From IMG/VR virus record IMGVR_UViG_3300032092_000031, positions 1 through 60,054 of that record: a stretch of 60,054 bases of DNA; one strand, given 5' to 3'. Position numbers and translations under genes: made by a program. The notes under the pieces were generated by a model. The model made no database searches. It was not told the DNA's origin and was given only the letters and a program-made list of their open reading frames with translations. Positions 10,825 through 20,662 of the stretch are shown here, piece after piece (the stretch's first letter is position 1; each line of letters starts with the position of its first letter). Origin of the DNA: a virus (Duplodnaviria; Caudoviricetes).

Positions 10825-10858
10825 AAAAAATTAGCTTTACAGTAATATGCAAAGCTAA
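10825..10858 (-). promoter_or_regulatory. Hairpin + U-tract containing a -7 promoter element (TAGCTTTG, 10850-10857)
   Basis: Minus strand TTAGCTTTGCA-TATTAC-TGTAAAGCTAA then TTTTTT, immediately before the ATG of the 1940-aa gene. Confidence 0.5.
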
Positions 10859-10884
10859 CCATTTTTATACTAAGGAAGTCAATT

Positions 10885-12186
10885 CTATATTCCAGCTAAT
10901 GCAGCTGCTATCGAGCTCTTAGCTTCCTTCATATATCCTTCTAAAGCTCTATATGATTCTTGAATATTACCTTTTGTATTAGGAGCGTTTTTATTGATAA
11001 AATCAAGGACCTTTGGGTTTGCTTCTAGCCATTTACCAAATATTTGTGGATACAATAGCTTTCCTGTAGTAGGTTCTACCCAACTACCCCTAGACTCTCT
11101 GTAGTACCCTACAGCTAAATTTAACTGTTTAGTAGTTATTTCTTTTTCTTTTGAAGATTGATTAGCGGCTTTTGCTCTTTCAAGTTGCAGTTTTAATTCA
11201 GACATTTTTTCATTAAAATCCTGCTTCCTTTCACTCATTGCCATTTCCCAAGTTGCTTTTCCTTGTTTAAAGTCAGCCTCTCTTCTAGCATCTCCTGCTA
11301 TAGCGTATGCAAGTAAGTCATCTGCCGTTAATTGGTCAGGTGTCTTTTTAAATGCTGCAGCTATTTTAGTTTGCTTTAATCTAGCTATATCACTAATTGT
11401 TCCACCTTGAGCTAATTCTGCATTAAATTGTTGAAATACCTTTTTCTTCATTGCTTCAGGCTGAACCATAGCAAGTTGAAGAGCTTTATTGTAATCAGGA
11501 GTCTTCTCGAAAACAGGAATCTTAAATTCGTCTCCGTTTGGTAGTTTCTGTATTTGATACTCTACAGGAGCTGTGCTTGTTATATAGTTATTCTTATTTG
11601 AATTAAACGCTGTTATTGTTTTTCCAAGGCTCTCATTAAACTTATTATTATTATATTCTATTCCTGTCATTATATTACCCCAGGTATCAGGCTTTCCAAG
11701 CTTTACACCATTTACCTCAGTATTTTCTATGTCATTCAAATTTCCTGCTGTAAATATATTGAAGTAGTTTTTATAGTTATTATCATCTATTACAATCAAC
11801 CCCTTTCTCTCTTGGTCTTTTAATACAGCTAAGTCTGCTGCAACCTTTTTAGCTACAACTGATTTATTATACACGTCGCCCATATCGGCAATAGCCTTCT
11901 GCATTACATCTCTATTCTTGTTTATCTCATCTACGTTTCCGATTCTTCTAGCTTTATTTAATTGTTTAGCAGCTGTTTCGTAGTTTTTAAAAGAACTTTG
12001 CAATAATGGCAAATCATTTTCTCTAATAGACTTAGGATTGTAGTATCTAGTGAAATCATCTACCTGTTGTTCTACTAGCTTATTTTCATACAACTCTTCC
12101 TTCTTTCTCTCTTCTAGTTCTTTAGTATACCTGTCATATGCTCCAAGAACATCAAGCTGTTGTAAATTAAATTTAAATGCTGCCAT
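10885..12186 (-). CDS. Putative internal virion/ejection protein
   Basis: 433 aa, helical and charged; lies between the Gly/Ala-rich pilot-like gene and the large cargo gene. Confidence 0.55.
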   Translation of the reverse strand: MAAFKFNLQQLDVLGAYDRYTKELEERKKEELYENKLVEQQVDDFTRYYNPKSIRENDLPLLQSSFKNYETAAKQLNKARRIGNVDEINKNRDVMQKAIADMGDVYNKSVVAKKVAADLAVLKDQERKGLIVIDDNNYKNYFNIFTAGNLNDIENTEVNGVKLGKPDTWGNIMTGIEYNNNKFNESLGKTITAFNSNKNNYITSTAPVEYQIQKLPNGDEFKIPVFEKTPDYNKALQLAMVQPEAMKKKVFQQFNAELAQGGTISDIARLKQTKIAAAFKKTPDQLTADDLLAYAIAGDARREADFKQGKATWEMAMSERKQDFNEKMSELKLQLERAKAANQSSKEKEITTKQLNLAVGYYRESRGSWVEPTTGKLLYPQIFGKWLEANPKVLDFINKNAPNTKGNIQESYRALEGYMKEAKSSIAAALAGI

Positions 12187-12212
12187 TGTTTCTATTTGTT
12201 CTTTTTATAAGA

Positions 12213-12878
12213 TTATTGGTTTCTAGGTATTAAAAGAGGATTGATAGTGTTTATAGGACCAGCTGTTTTTTGTACTTTCTTAATAAAGTCGCCAACATTC
12301 ACTTCCGGTTTTTTGAATAAACCTGAGAATGGGTTTTTTTCCATTTTAGCTGCAGAACTAGCTGCGATTCCTAATCCTTGACTGGCTAGACCTTGCATTT
12401 GATTGTATCTCTGATTTAAAAAAGAAAGTTTTTCTTGATATGCATCTTGTCTATCTCTCTGAATTGCCATTTGATTTTGAGCCATCATACCTCTGGCTTG
12501 TTGAGCTTCTGCTAGATTTCTTCTCCTAGCAGCTTCATCTTGCATAGCCATTTGATTGGCAGAGTCTTGCTGTGCTCTAATTAGGCTTGTTGCGCCTGAA
12601 GCTAAAGCTCCTCTACCTGCCTTTTTTAAAGCAGATATTCCAGTAGACATTCCTTGAGCAGCACTTGTTTCAGCTAGATTCTTAGCAGCATCGGATATGC
12701 CCATACCTTCTCTAGACTCTGCTGTTGATACTAGCTTAGATAATGCAGCCGGAGTTGATAATCCGACCCTATTAGCCATAGCTCCTTCGATTTCTTTTCT
12801 TGCTTTTCTAGCCCCAATACCACCTATCAATGATGTGGTTAAGCCTATTGCTGTTCCTATTCCTGCTCCTGCTGCCAT
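12213..12878 (-). CDS. Putative ejection/pilot protein
   Basis: 221 aa; Gly/Ala-rich hydrophobic N-terminus (MAAGAGIGTAIGLTTSLIGGIG) and Q/A-rich helices, typical of podovirus ejection proteins. Confidence 0.6.
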   Translation of the reverse strand: MAAGAGIGTAIGLTTSLIGGIGARKARKEIEGAMANRVGLSTPAALSKLVSTAESREGMGISDAAKNLAETSAAQGMSTGISALKKAGRGALASGATSLIRAQQDSANQMAMQDEAARRRNLAEAQQARGMMAQNQMAIQRDRQDAYQEKLSFLNQRYNQMQGLASQGLGIAASSAAKMEKNPFSGLFKKPEVNVGDFIKKVQKTAGPINTINPLLIPRNQ

Positions 12879-12880
12879 AA

Positions 12881-15800
12881 TTATCTATTTTGTATTAACA
12901 AGTTTACTTCTACTAAATGCAAATTTACTTTATTTTGTGGTGATTTCGCTGATAGTTTTACCTTAATCCAATCCCCCTTTAATACGTCACCATTAATCAA
13001 TCCTCCTGGACTATTTGAATCCCTGAGCATTGTTGCGTGCTTCTTATCTTCTACGTTGCTAAAGTCAGCCTCTATCAAGTTACTATCCTGCCCAATAGAT
13101 GTATTAGATACCACCTCCCAAACCCCATCTCCAAGGTAGGTTAATGCATTAAATCTCTTTTTAGCATCTCTTGAAGAGTTGAATACGCATTGTATATAAC
13201 ATGCTCCTGAAACACCATAGAATCTAGCTCTTGAACCTGCCGTAGCAACATCATGTAAATAAGCCTTACCTGATTTCATGCTATAGAATCCTCCATTAGA
13301 GAAAACCATCGCTTCAGGGTAGTAGCTATAGAAACTAACAAATGAGTTAGATTGCTCATTGAAAGAAAGTGTATATGTATCTGTAATAGCTAAATCTGGT
13401 TCTATATTAGAAACAGCCTGAAGATGTAACACATAGTTATTATTTATCTTATCATAAGCTCCAAATATCACATCCTTATATCCGAACTTATAGTATTTAG
13501 ATAGTTTACTAACAGCCCAATCGTCTAGCTTGTATGTCTTACTTAATGCAGTAATACCATCTAAACTAACTCTTACTATAGCTCCATTTACAGTATCTAC
13601 AAAGTAGTCAACAAATGAAGATGAAGCTAATGAGCATGGCTGATTACCTATTCCATAGTTACCTGAATAGTACTGAATTTTATTTAGTATTTTATCACTT
13701 TGAGCTATTAGGCTAGAACCTTCTGTATCCTGAATCAATGATTGGAAGACAGGAACTGTCCCAGTGTTTCTTTGCTGGAATACCCTAAGAGACTTATCCC
13801 TAGATTTGAATCTTTCAATATCTCCATGCTGAAGGTCATATTCATCCTGATTACTATCGTAGAATCTATTAGTATCATTTATCGAACTTCCTGCTAAATA
13901 GTTTTGGCCATATCTAACAAGGTTGCCATAGTACCCTCTTTTTGCTGTTCTATCAAAAAGAAACGGTCTACCATTACCGCTAAAGTATAATCTACTAGAA
14001 TCTGATACTAGCTCCTCGGTAACATGTATTTTTTCTACATTCCTATAAACTTCAATATTAAATTCAGAGAATAAAACAACAGATTGAGAAAAAGTAGTAC
14101 CCTCCGCCATCAATGAAATCTTATCTGTTTGCCTAACAGATATTACCTTATCAAATTGGACTTCAACAGGAGTTCCTGGGCTTCCTGTAGCTACAGGCGC
14201 ATTTGATATATCCACAACTCCCGTAAGGTCTGTTGTAGTAACAGTAAGAGGGGCTAGTGAAGGAACTTTTTTAAGAACTAATTTCATGTATGAAGTTTTA
14301 GTTCCGTAAGCCCTAAATGTTCCTGTAATCCTTATCTTAAGTTCTTCCGTTGTTGATTTATTAAAAAAGAAGAATCCTGCATCGTTTGCATATAATGGAT
14401 AATCTCCTAATCCGTATCCGTTAGATAATTGCTCCGTTTGAGAGCTTACTCTAAATGATGTATTGTTTTCGCTAGGCATACTCATCTTCATTGTTGAGTA
14501 CTTGTCTCCGGCACTTACATTATGACTATATGAAGTTAATGAGCCCTCGTATTTACCAAGTACAATAGGTATATTACTCCTGTACTTTGTATAACAATCT
14601 CCTGTATGGAATCTTACTAATGCAGGATACGTCAAGTTTGTTGACTGATTACCATTGTTATCATCAGATGCCTGACCATTACCAATATGATATCTTGTGG
14701 CAAGTCCTGCATCTCCTATTCCTAAACTAGGTCCAAATTCATAAAAGAATGTCTTATCACTTGAAGACCTTTTCTTTTGTCTATAGATTACAATCAAGTA
14801 GTTACCAAAAAACATACTACCATCAACTTTGAATTGAGCTGATATATCACTAGATAAGTCAGAGTACCTTAATTTTAGATACTTACCATTTCTATCTTTA
14901 CCTCCTATTTTAGGATTAATTTCTGTTCCTATAATCTCGTAATCGTATGTTCCAGAAGGATACGTAATCTTAAGGTCATTAAATGTACCTGTTTGGTATC
15001 TTGATATAAATTTAACTCTATCTCCTTCTACAAAATCGTAATTTATTCCACTTTCCGAATTTAATATTTCGTTATATACTCCCATGTTCTGTATTCCAAC
15101 ATAGGTTACTAACGCATCTTGCGAGATAGAAGAATCAGATGAGCCTGTAGCTACGTCATTAGTAACCCAAGTTATCTGTTTGTCTATTGTTTTGTTATCA
15201 CTCCTTACAACAGAGTACTTAACAGCCCATGATGGCGGTCTGCTAGTTATTGATAGTTTTGTATAATTTACTATGTAGTCATACATAAGTGGAGGAAACG
15301 ATGCATATTCGCTAGTACTCTTATCGAATGCTTGAATAGGATATACAACTCCATTTGTTTTTCCTTTTACATCAAAGTAAACTAATCCAAAAGAGTAGAA
15401 TGAGTTTTTAGCTAATTCGCTATAAACATTAAACGAGTCAGCAACTATATTTTGATTATTTGCTCTAAAAGAAGAGTTTAATAATTTAACACCTGATTTA
15501 GATATAGTAATTGAGTGATTTGATATCGAAGACACCGTAAATCCTAAACCTGTAGCAACAGTTCCTATACCTGACAGTATTGTATCTACTGTTTGTGATG
15601 TTGCATCATACGTGATATTAACAGGAGCTCCTAAAGAGTCAACCATGTTTATTATATATGTATGCCCTGTTGCATTAACAGAATCTAAAATAGATGTGCT
15701 GTTATTTACGTCTAATGTTCCTGTTCCGGCAATAGTTAATACTATGCTTCCTGCAGTATTAGAACTATCTTCTCCTCTTGAAGAAGCTACAAATAAAATA

Positions 15801-16879
15801 CCATTTGGTTGAGTTAGATAGTTATTTAATTCAGATGATAACGAACCTGTTACAGTTGGATTATCATACCCCTCCTTAATGCCACCATATATAATTACGT
15901 TTCCATTCAATAACTCTTGAGTATTAGCTTCATCTGGAACCTTATCAAATATCAAGTCTATTTCTCTTTGGTCTAAAAACTCATAAACACCGTTATTGTA
16001 GAAATTGTATTTATAAACCGAATTATCTGATAATGATGATATTGCTTTATCTATAGAATCAACTAAGAAATAATCAGAAGTAACTTCTCCCTTTGTCTCT
16101 TTTGCCGCAATTTCTATCTTCTTTACATTGCTTCCGCCGGTTGACATAAACAATGCAATCCTTGAATTATTCTTCGTTCCCTGTTGTTTTAGGTAGTCAA
16201 AAGGAAGAGGGGTTATACTAGCCTGAGACCATGTACTTCTCTCATTATCATCATACACAAATCTATATCTGAATTGGAATAATGAATCCCTTACGTTATT
16301 TGCAGTAACAGCATTATCATGCTCGTATGTGCATTTAATAGGAGACATTGGAGGATTAACATGAACATCAATATATGTTCTGTTTATTTCAGATGCAGAG
16401 TATTCATTAGCTATGAATCTAGACATCTTCATTTTCGTAGGTCTTCCAAGGCTATCTACAAATAATAGAATATCATCAGCCTCTGTTTCTCCGTAAAGAA
16501 TATTTACAGAGTGTATTTTATTGGCTGTGTTAAAGTTTAATATATTTGGATAAGATGCGGTTCCTGCTTGATATATTCTAGTTGCTGCTGCAGAATCCAA
16601 TGTAGACATCTTGTATATCCCATCGAGTCCTAAAGAGTTAGCATTGAATATAATCAGCTTACCTCTTAATTCGTCATTATACGCACATATACATACGTTA
16701 GTTCCTGTATTAGGGAGTAATAATGATAAACTACCTAATTCTCTATTACCAAGTATATTTTCAGCTATGCCATTTCTGAATGTTATATTCATGGCATCAA
16801 TATGATGACCTGGCTGTATTATATCTTCTGAATCTTGAAGATTTAGTATACCCTGAAACTGCTTTTTCTCTTGAGGCAT
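12881..16879 (-). CDS. Tail stabilisation/muzzle (nozzle) protein
   Basis: 1332 aa; N-terminal ..G..IDAMNI, FQFRYRFVYDD-E-STWS, KIQYYSGNYGIG, YFVD...GAIVRVS.DGIT, FVSFYSYYPE, terminal LKGDW motifs; gene order as in Bacteroidota podovirus-like phages. Confidence 0.7.
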   Translation of the reverse strand: MPQEKKQFQGILNLQDSEDIIQPGHHIDAMNITFRNGIAENILGNRELGSLSLLLPNTGTNVCICAYNDELRGKLIIFNANSLGLDGIYKMSTLDSAAATRIYQAGTASYPNILNFNTANKIHSVNILYGETEADDILLFVDSLGRPTKMKMSRFIANEYSASEINRTYIDVHVNPPMSPIKCTYEHDNAVTANNVRDSLFQFRYRFVYDDNERSTWSQASITPLPFDYLKQQGTKNNSRIALFMSTGGSNVKKIEIAAKETKGEVTSDYFLVDSIDKAISSLSDNSVYKYNFYNNGVYEFLDQREIDLIFDKVPDEANTQELLNGNVIIYGGIKEGYDNPTVTGSLSSELNNYLTQPNGILFVASSRGEDSSNTAGSIVLTIAGTGTLDVNNSTSILDSVNATGHTYIINMVDSLGAPVNITYDATSQTVDTILSGIGTVATGLGFTVSSISNHSITISKSGVKLLNSSFRANNQNIVADSFNVYSELAKNSFYSFGLVYFDVKGKTNGVVYPIQAFDKSTSEYASFPPLMYDYIVNYTKLSITSRPPSWAVKYSVVRSDNKTIDKQITWVTNDVATGSSDSSISQDALVTYVGIQNMGVYNEILNSESGINYDFVEGDRVKFISRYQTGTFNDLKITYPSGTYDYEIIGTEINPKIGGKDRNGKYLKLRYSDLSSDISAQFKVDGSMFFGNYLIVIYRQKKRSSSDKTFFYEFGPSLGIGDAGLATRYHIGNGQASDDNNGNQSTNLTYPALVRFHTGDCYTKYRSNIPIVLGKYEGSLTSYSHNVSAGDKYSTMKMSMPSENNTSFRVSSQTEQLSNGYGLGDYPLYANDAGFFFFNKSTTEELKIRITGTFRAYGTKTSYMKLVLKKVPSLAPLTVTTTDLTGVVDISNAPVATGSPGTPVEVQFDKVISVRQTDKISLMAEGTTFSQSVVLFSEFNIEVYRNVEKIHVTEELVSDSSRLYFSGNGRPFLFDRTAKRGYYGNLVRYGQNYLAGSSINDTNRFYDSNQDEYDLQHGDIERFKSRDKSLRVFQQRNTGTVPVFQSLIQDTEGSSLIAQSDKILNKIQYYSGNYGIGNQPCSLASSSFVDYFVDTVNGAIVRVSLDGITALSKTYKLDDWAVSKLSKYYKFGYKDVIFGAYDKINNNYVLHLQAVSNIEPDLAITDTYTLSFNEQSNSFVSFYSYYPEAMVFSNGGFYSMKSGKAYLHDVATAGSRARFYGVSGACYIQCVFNSSRDAKKRFNALTYLGDGVWEVVSNTSIGQDSNLIEADFSNVEDKKHATMLRDSNSPGGLINGDVLKGDWIKVKLSAKSPQNKVNLHLVEVNLLIQNR

Positions 16880-16891
16880 TTATTATTTTTT

Positions 16892-17662
16892 TTATCCTTT
16901 AACAACCAATTTCTGTCCTGCTCTTATAGTGCTATTAGCTTCCCATAGTCTTATTGGGTTAACTCTTTGTTTAGCTAATCTCTTTTGATTATAGTAGTTG
17001 CTCTTTCTAAGCTGCTTCTCTCCCATATTAACTTTTCTAGAAGAAGCAAGAAACTCTATATCTTTCCATGCTAAAAAAGCAATAGTAGCTTCTACTATCT
17101 GAATTGGTATTTTAAAATCTTGGTCATTAGAAGCATCTGATAGATACTCTAATATAATATAATCATAAGCAAAGTCGTTATCTAGATAGATGTAACCTTG
17201 CTCTTCATCTATATTAAACTCTCCTGCATCATTTAGCATAGAGCCATTACCGAATAAGTTAACATAACCTGCTCCGCTGTAATAGTTTACATAGCTCCAG
17301 AATCTGCTATCATAAGCATCACCTATTCCTTCGTCTGTGTTATTACTAGTTCTATCTGCATCAGCTATCTTGTAGGCTGTTTTATTTGGATTTCTTTTTA
17401 AGGTAGCAACTTCACCATCTGCATTTAGTACACCTATTTTAGTGTATGCTAAATAATCAGCAGGTAACTCAACAGTTTTGTTTGGCTTAACTACTAACTT
17501 CTCTGTTTTAGGAGTATAGAACACATCCATTCCTAACTCATTAACACCTCTAATTCCTAGAGCCCAAAGTCTTCTAAACTCTGCACTAGTTAGATGAGCC
17601 TGGTCTATATAGTTATATATAACCTCTGCTAACGGAACCCATTGTGCTGTTGCTTTACTCAT
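16892..17662 (-). CDS. Tail ring/adaptor-like structural protein
   Basis: 256 aa; VELPADY and IILEYLSD motifs; one of three adjacent similar-sized genes between capsid and muzzle. Confidence 0.6.
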   Translation of the reverse strand: MSKATAQWVPLAEVIYNYIDQAHLTSAEFRRLWALGIRGVNELGMDVFYTPKTEKLVVKPNKTVELPADYLAYTKIGVLNADGEVATLKRNPNKTAYKIADADRTSNNTDEGIGDAYDSRFWSYVNYYSGAGYVNLFGNGSMLNDAGEFNIDEEQGYIYLDNDFAYDYIILEYLSDASNDQDFKIPIQIVEATIAFLAWKDIEFLASSRKVNMGEKQLRKSNYYNQKRLAKQRVNPIRLWEANSTIRAGQKLVVKG

Positions 17663-17668
17663 AATTTA

Positions 17669-18274
17669 TTACGCTTTATCAACACCATCATTAGCTAAAT
17701 CTTGAGGTGTTTGTTTTTTAATTCTTAATTGACCCATAATCCAATCCATAGCCGAAGCAATATAATCTTCAGGTATCTCATCTATTTTAGGGCTAACCAT
17801 CCTTACAATAGGAGCTTTGCCTATTAAGTTAATATAGCTCTTCATGTATAATCTTTTACCTTCAGGCCAGAAAAATATCTTACTTGGAGGCGTAGGTAAT
17901 TGGTCCATATAATCAAGTTCTTTAACAGATACTTGGATTGGAGCTTTAGCTAATCCTGAACTAACAGGAAAAGTTAATGTTGCTATATTGTAACCTCTTT
18001 TTGACGCTAATGGTGCTTGAGGTAAATCAAAGTAATAATACCCTGTATCGTTATCTTTAGCTATTGTAAAACCTTTGAATGTAGAATAGAATACATCTCC
18101 AATAGTTTCAATACCATCTAACTCAATAGCTTCTCTGTAGTTTATTGTAACAGCTCTACCTACGGCAGCATCTACATACAAATCAACTTCTTCCGGTGTT
18201 AATTCTGCATCAGAACTAGGAATACCATTGTAGTAATTCCTTCTTACTAATTCTATAAATTGACTTCTATTCAT
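17669..18274 (-). CDS. Tail ring/adaptor-like structural protein
   Basis: 201 aa; YFDLP motif and C-terminal PQDLAND; synteny. Confidence 0.55.
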   Translation of the reverse strand: MNRSQFIELVRRNYYNGIPSSDAELTPEEVDLYVDAAVGRAVTINYREAIELDGIETIGDVFYSTFKGFTIAKDNDTGYYYFDLPQAPLASKRGYNIATLTFPVSSGLAKAPIQVSVKELDYMDQLPTPPSKIFFWPEGKRLYMKSYINLIGKAPIVRMVSPKIDEIPEDYIASAMDWIMGQLRIKKQTPQDLANDGVDKA

Positions 18275-18277
18275 GCG

Positions 18278-18940
18278 TTATTCTCCTTTAGCTTTAACTT
18301 GATTTGCAGCCTGTATGATTAATTGGTCATTAATGCTTACACCAATTAGACCAACAGCTCTCATTATTATCTTGTTTAAATCTGCGTCATTCCACTCTGA
18401 CTGCGTACTAGTTCCGGCATCATAAACAGGTCTTCCTGATACTGTTGTGTATCCCCAAACAGGAGGAGTTGGTAATCTAAGAAATGTTATATTGGCTGTT
18501 GTTAATGTTGTAGGATAAAACTTATAAGTAGAACCAACCTCATTGAAGCATGGCTTTGTTAAAGTTGGAGCATCTATTGAGCTATTTAATTTACTAGCAA
18601 GTTTTGAGTGGTCTATTCTAGGTATATCAACATTTCCTGTTGTTCTCATTGATATAGCCTTAAATAGGTTAGCAGGAACATTGGCACTTCCTGAAGTTAT
18701 GGTTAGGGTAGATGTCTGTATGAATGCAGATAATGCCTCATTTACATTATTACCCATTCCTAATCCTATTCTAGATATTGGTCTTCCTGGTTGAAAATCC
18801 TCAACACCACCTGCAAGCATATCAAAATAAGACCTTTCTGCCATAGGAAATATCCTATTAAAGTCCTCTGGAGATACGCCTGTTCCTTGATACTTATCTA
18901 CTAGATAGGCTACAATTTTAAAGCAGTCATTTATATTCAC
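18278..18940 (-). CDS. Tail ring/adaptor-like structural protein
   Basis: 220 aa, GTG start; VSPEDFN, FLRLP..PVWGY motifs; synteny. Confidence 0.6.
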   Translation of the reverse strand: MNINDCFKIVAYLVDKYQGTGVSPEDFNRIFPMAERSYFDMLAGGVEDFQPGRPISRIGLGMGNNVNEALSAFIQTSTLTITSGSANVPANLFKAISMRTTGNVDIPRIDHSKLASKLNSSIDAPTLTKPCFNEVGSTYKFYPTTLTTANITFLRLPTPPVWGYTTVSGRPVYDAGTSTQSEWNDADLNKIIMRAVGLIGVSINDQLIIQAANQVKAKGE

Positions 18941-18954
18941 GTGTCAAATTTGTA

Positions 18955-18962
18955 CAAAGTTA
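18955..18962 (-). promoter_or_regulatory. -7 promoter element TAACTTTG
   Basis: TAnnTTTG just downstream of a terminator and 14 nt before GTG 18940. Confidence 0.55.
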
Positions 18963-18969
18963 AGCATAT

Positions 18970-19006
18970 AAAAAGAAACCCCTCCAACTAAGAATAGTAG
19001 AGGGGT
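18970..19006 (-). terminator. Intrinsic terminator
   Basis: ACCCCTC/GAGGGGT stem followed on the minus strand by TTCTTTTT. Confidence 0.7.
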
Positions 19007-19037
19007 AAACCAAAAGCAAATGAAACAAAAACCTATT

Positions 19038-19916
19038 TTAAGATAACTCTTTCAATTTGTTATAGAACTCTGCTCCCTTTTCTGTAAGGGCAAATTCTGA
19101 TAGGAATTTAGCTGCATCTGCTCCGTCAGGAATCTGGGCAATAAGGAGTTTTGTTTGTCTCCAATGTGCCTGACCCTTGATATGTGCAATAGTAATAAGG
19201 TTATTCTCCATAGCCTTAGTTACCATGTACTTAGCTTTTACTACAGGATTATTTACAGTCTTTAAGAATAAATCAGGGTTGTTCTGTGCTTTAGTCACAT
19301 AATCAGACCTAATTGCACTTTCAGACCTTGGCTCTCCTGTTTCATAACTAAACTTAACATTCAAGAATTTAGCGTGAGCTAACATCTCTTCTTCACTAGC
19401 GTTCATTGCAACTTTCATTGCTTCTAGCTTGTTTTCAGACTTCTTAAGTTGCTCTTCTTCCGCTTCCTCATAATTAATCATTGTGTAGGTTGCAGGAGCG
19501 AACTTGTCCATTTTGTTCTTCTTCTTATCGTATTGGTCATTCTTTAATAAGAACTCTACCAATGTTGGCTTTGTAGAAGGAACTCTCAAGAATCCATCTT
19601 TAAACTGAATGTTAGGTCTTCTGTTTTGAATGCTTTCAGGTAAAGAATCCTGCTCATCTTGCCAGATAGTAGAAATACCCTCAAGGTATCTTGTAGCTCT
19701 TTCTCTACCTGTTTCCTCATCAAACACTACGCTTTTATTTCTAAGAGCAAATGTTGGAGGGAATGATAAGGTTCCGTCTTGATTTCTGAAATTTACTAAC
19801 AACTGGAATACATACTCCGAAGGTTGTCTTTTTTTCTTAACCTCTTGTTTAACAACAGGCTGTTCTACTTCGATGATTTCACCATCTTCAGATAGAATAC
19901 TTTTAGCTTTTGCCAT
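19038..19916 (-). CDS. Conserved head-module protein of unknown function
   Basis: 292 aa; FKDGFLRVP...LVEFL motif; downstream of the capsid gene with its own promoter. Confidence 0.55.
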   Translation of the reverse strand: MAKAKSILSEDGEIIEVEQPVVKQEVKKKRQPSEYVFQLLVNFRNQDGTLSFPPTFALRNKSVVFDEETGRERATRYLEGISTIWQDEQDSLPESIQNRRPNIQFKDGFLRVPSTKPTLVEFLLKNDQYDKKKNKMDKFAPATYTMINYEEAEEEQLKKSENKLEAMKVAMNASEEEMLAHAKFLNVKFSYETGEPRSESAIRSDYVTKAQNNPDLFLKTVNNPVVKAKYMVTKAMENNLITIAHIKGQAHWRQTKLLIAQIPDGADAAKFLSEFALTEKGAEFYNKLKELS

Positions 19917-19935
19917 TTTATTTCTTTTGTTTTAG

Positions 19936-19943
19936 CAAAGGTA
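19936..19943 (-). promoter_or_regulatory. -7 promoter element TACCTTTG
   Basis: Part of a 21-bp sequence (19924-19944) identical to 23221-23241. Confidence 0.65.
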
Positions 19944-19954
19944 TGTATTTTGTA

Positions 19955-20575
19955 CTATATACCTTGTTCTTGATATACCTTGAGTAGCCTGTCAGGTAGA
20001 ACAGAGTAGTCCTTCATAAAGGTCTTTGGCATACTAGCTATCAATACTTTATTTCTATACGGGCTGTTTTTTGGAGAAGTCCACCTCCTGATATTCAGTA
20101 TGTAGTTGTAGAAATATATGTAAGCATTAGCTCCTCTAATATACTCGTCTATGTCTATAGGAAGATTGTATTTCTTTATCATTTTAACAGCCCTTTTTTC
20201 GGCATCAACCTCAAGGTCTCTACATATTGCTATGTGCTTTTTAATGTCTCTAATTTGCTTCCCTTCTATCCATTCGTGCATTGCTGAATGAGAGTTCTTT
20301 CTTGAAGCTAAATCCCATATATCGCTATTTTCTGCCCACTGATGAAAGTGCGAGAATTCATGAGCTAATAAAGCTAGTCCTTTATCGTGCTTCATACTAC
20401 ATACTAACTCTCTATCTTCTCCGTCAAACCATCCTCCACATTTGAATCCACCTAGCTTTACATATGATACGTCTCTTATGCTACATTTTACCCCATACAG
20501 CTTACAAGTAGCTATTACTTCTTTTATGAAATTTATACTATTCTTATCCTTAAACTTACTTAACACTTTTCTCAT
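19955..20575 (-). CDS. Putative zinc metallopeptidase (HExxH)
   Basis: LAHEFSHFHQW followed by downstream E..A (LEVDAEKRA), zincin-like. Confidence 0.6.
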   Translation of the reverse strand: MRKVLSKFKDKNSINFIKEVIATCKLYGVKCSIRDVSYVKLGGFKCGGWFDGEDRELVCSMKHDKGLALLAHEFSHFHQWAENSDIWDLASRKNSHSAMHEWIEGKQIRDIKKHIAICRDLEVDAEKRAVKMIKKYNLPIDIDEYIRGANAYIYFYNYILNIRRWTSPKNSPYRNKVLIASMPKTFMKDYSVLPDRLLKVYQEQGI

Positions 20576-20589
20576 AGCTACTATTTCAG

Positions 20590-20597
20590 CAAATTTA
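20590..20597 (-). promoter_or_regulatory. -7 promoter element TAAATTTG
   Basis: Between the capsid terminator and ATG 20575. Confidence 0.55.
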
Positions 20598-20602
20598 TGA
20601 AC

Positions 20603-20635
20603 AAAAAAAGGGCCCTAGAATTAACTAGAGCCCTT
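20603..20635 (-). terminator. Intrinsic terminator after major capsid gene
   Basis: AAGGGC.CTAG / CTAG.GCCCTT stem followed by a T-tract on the minus strand. Confidence 0.75.
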
Positions 20636-20662
20636 ATATTTAACCTATTGATTAGTAATCAA

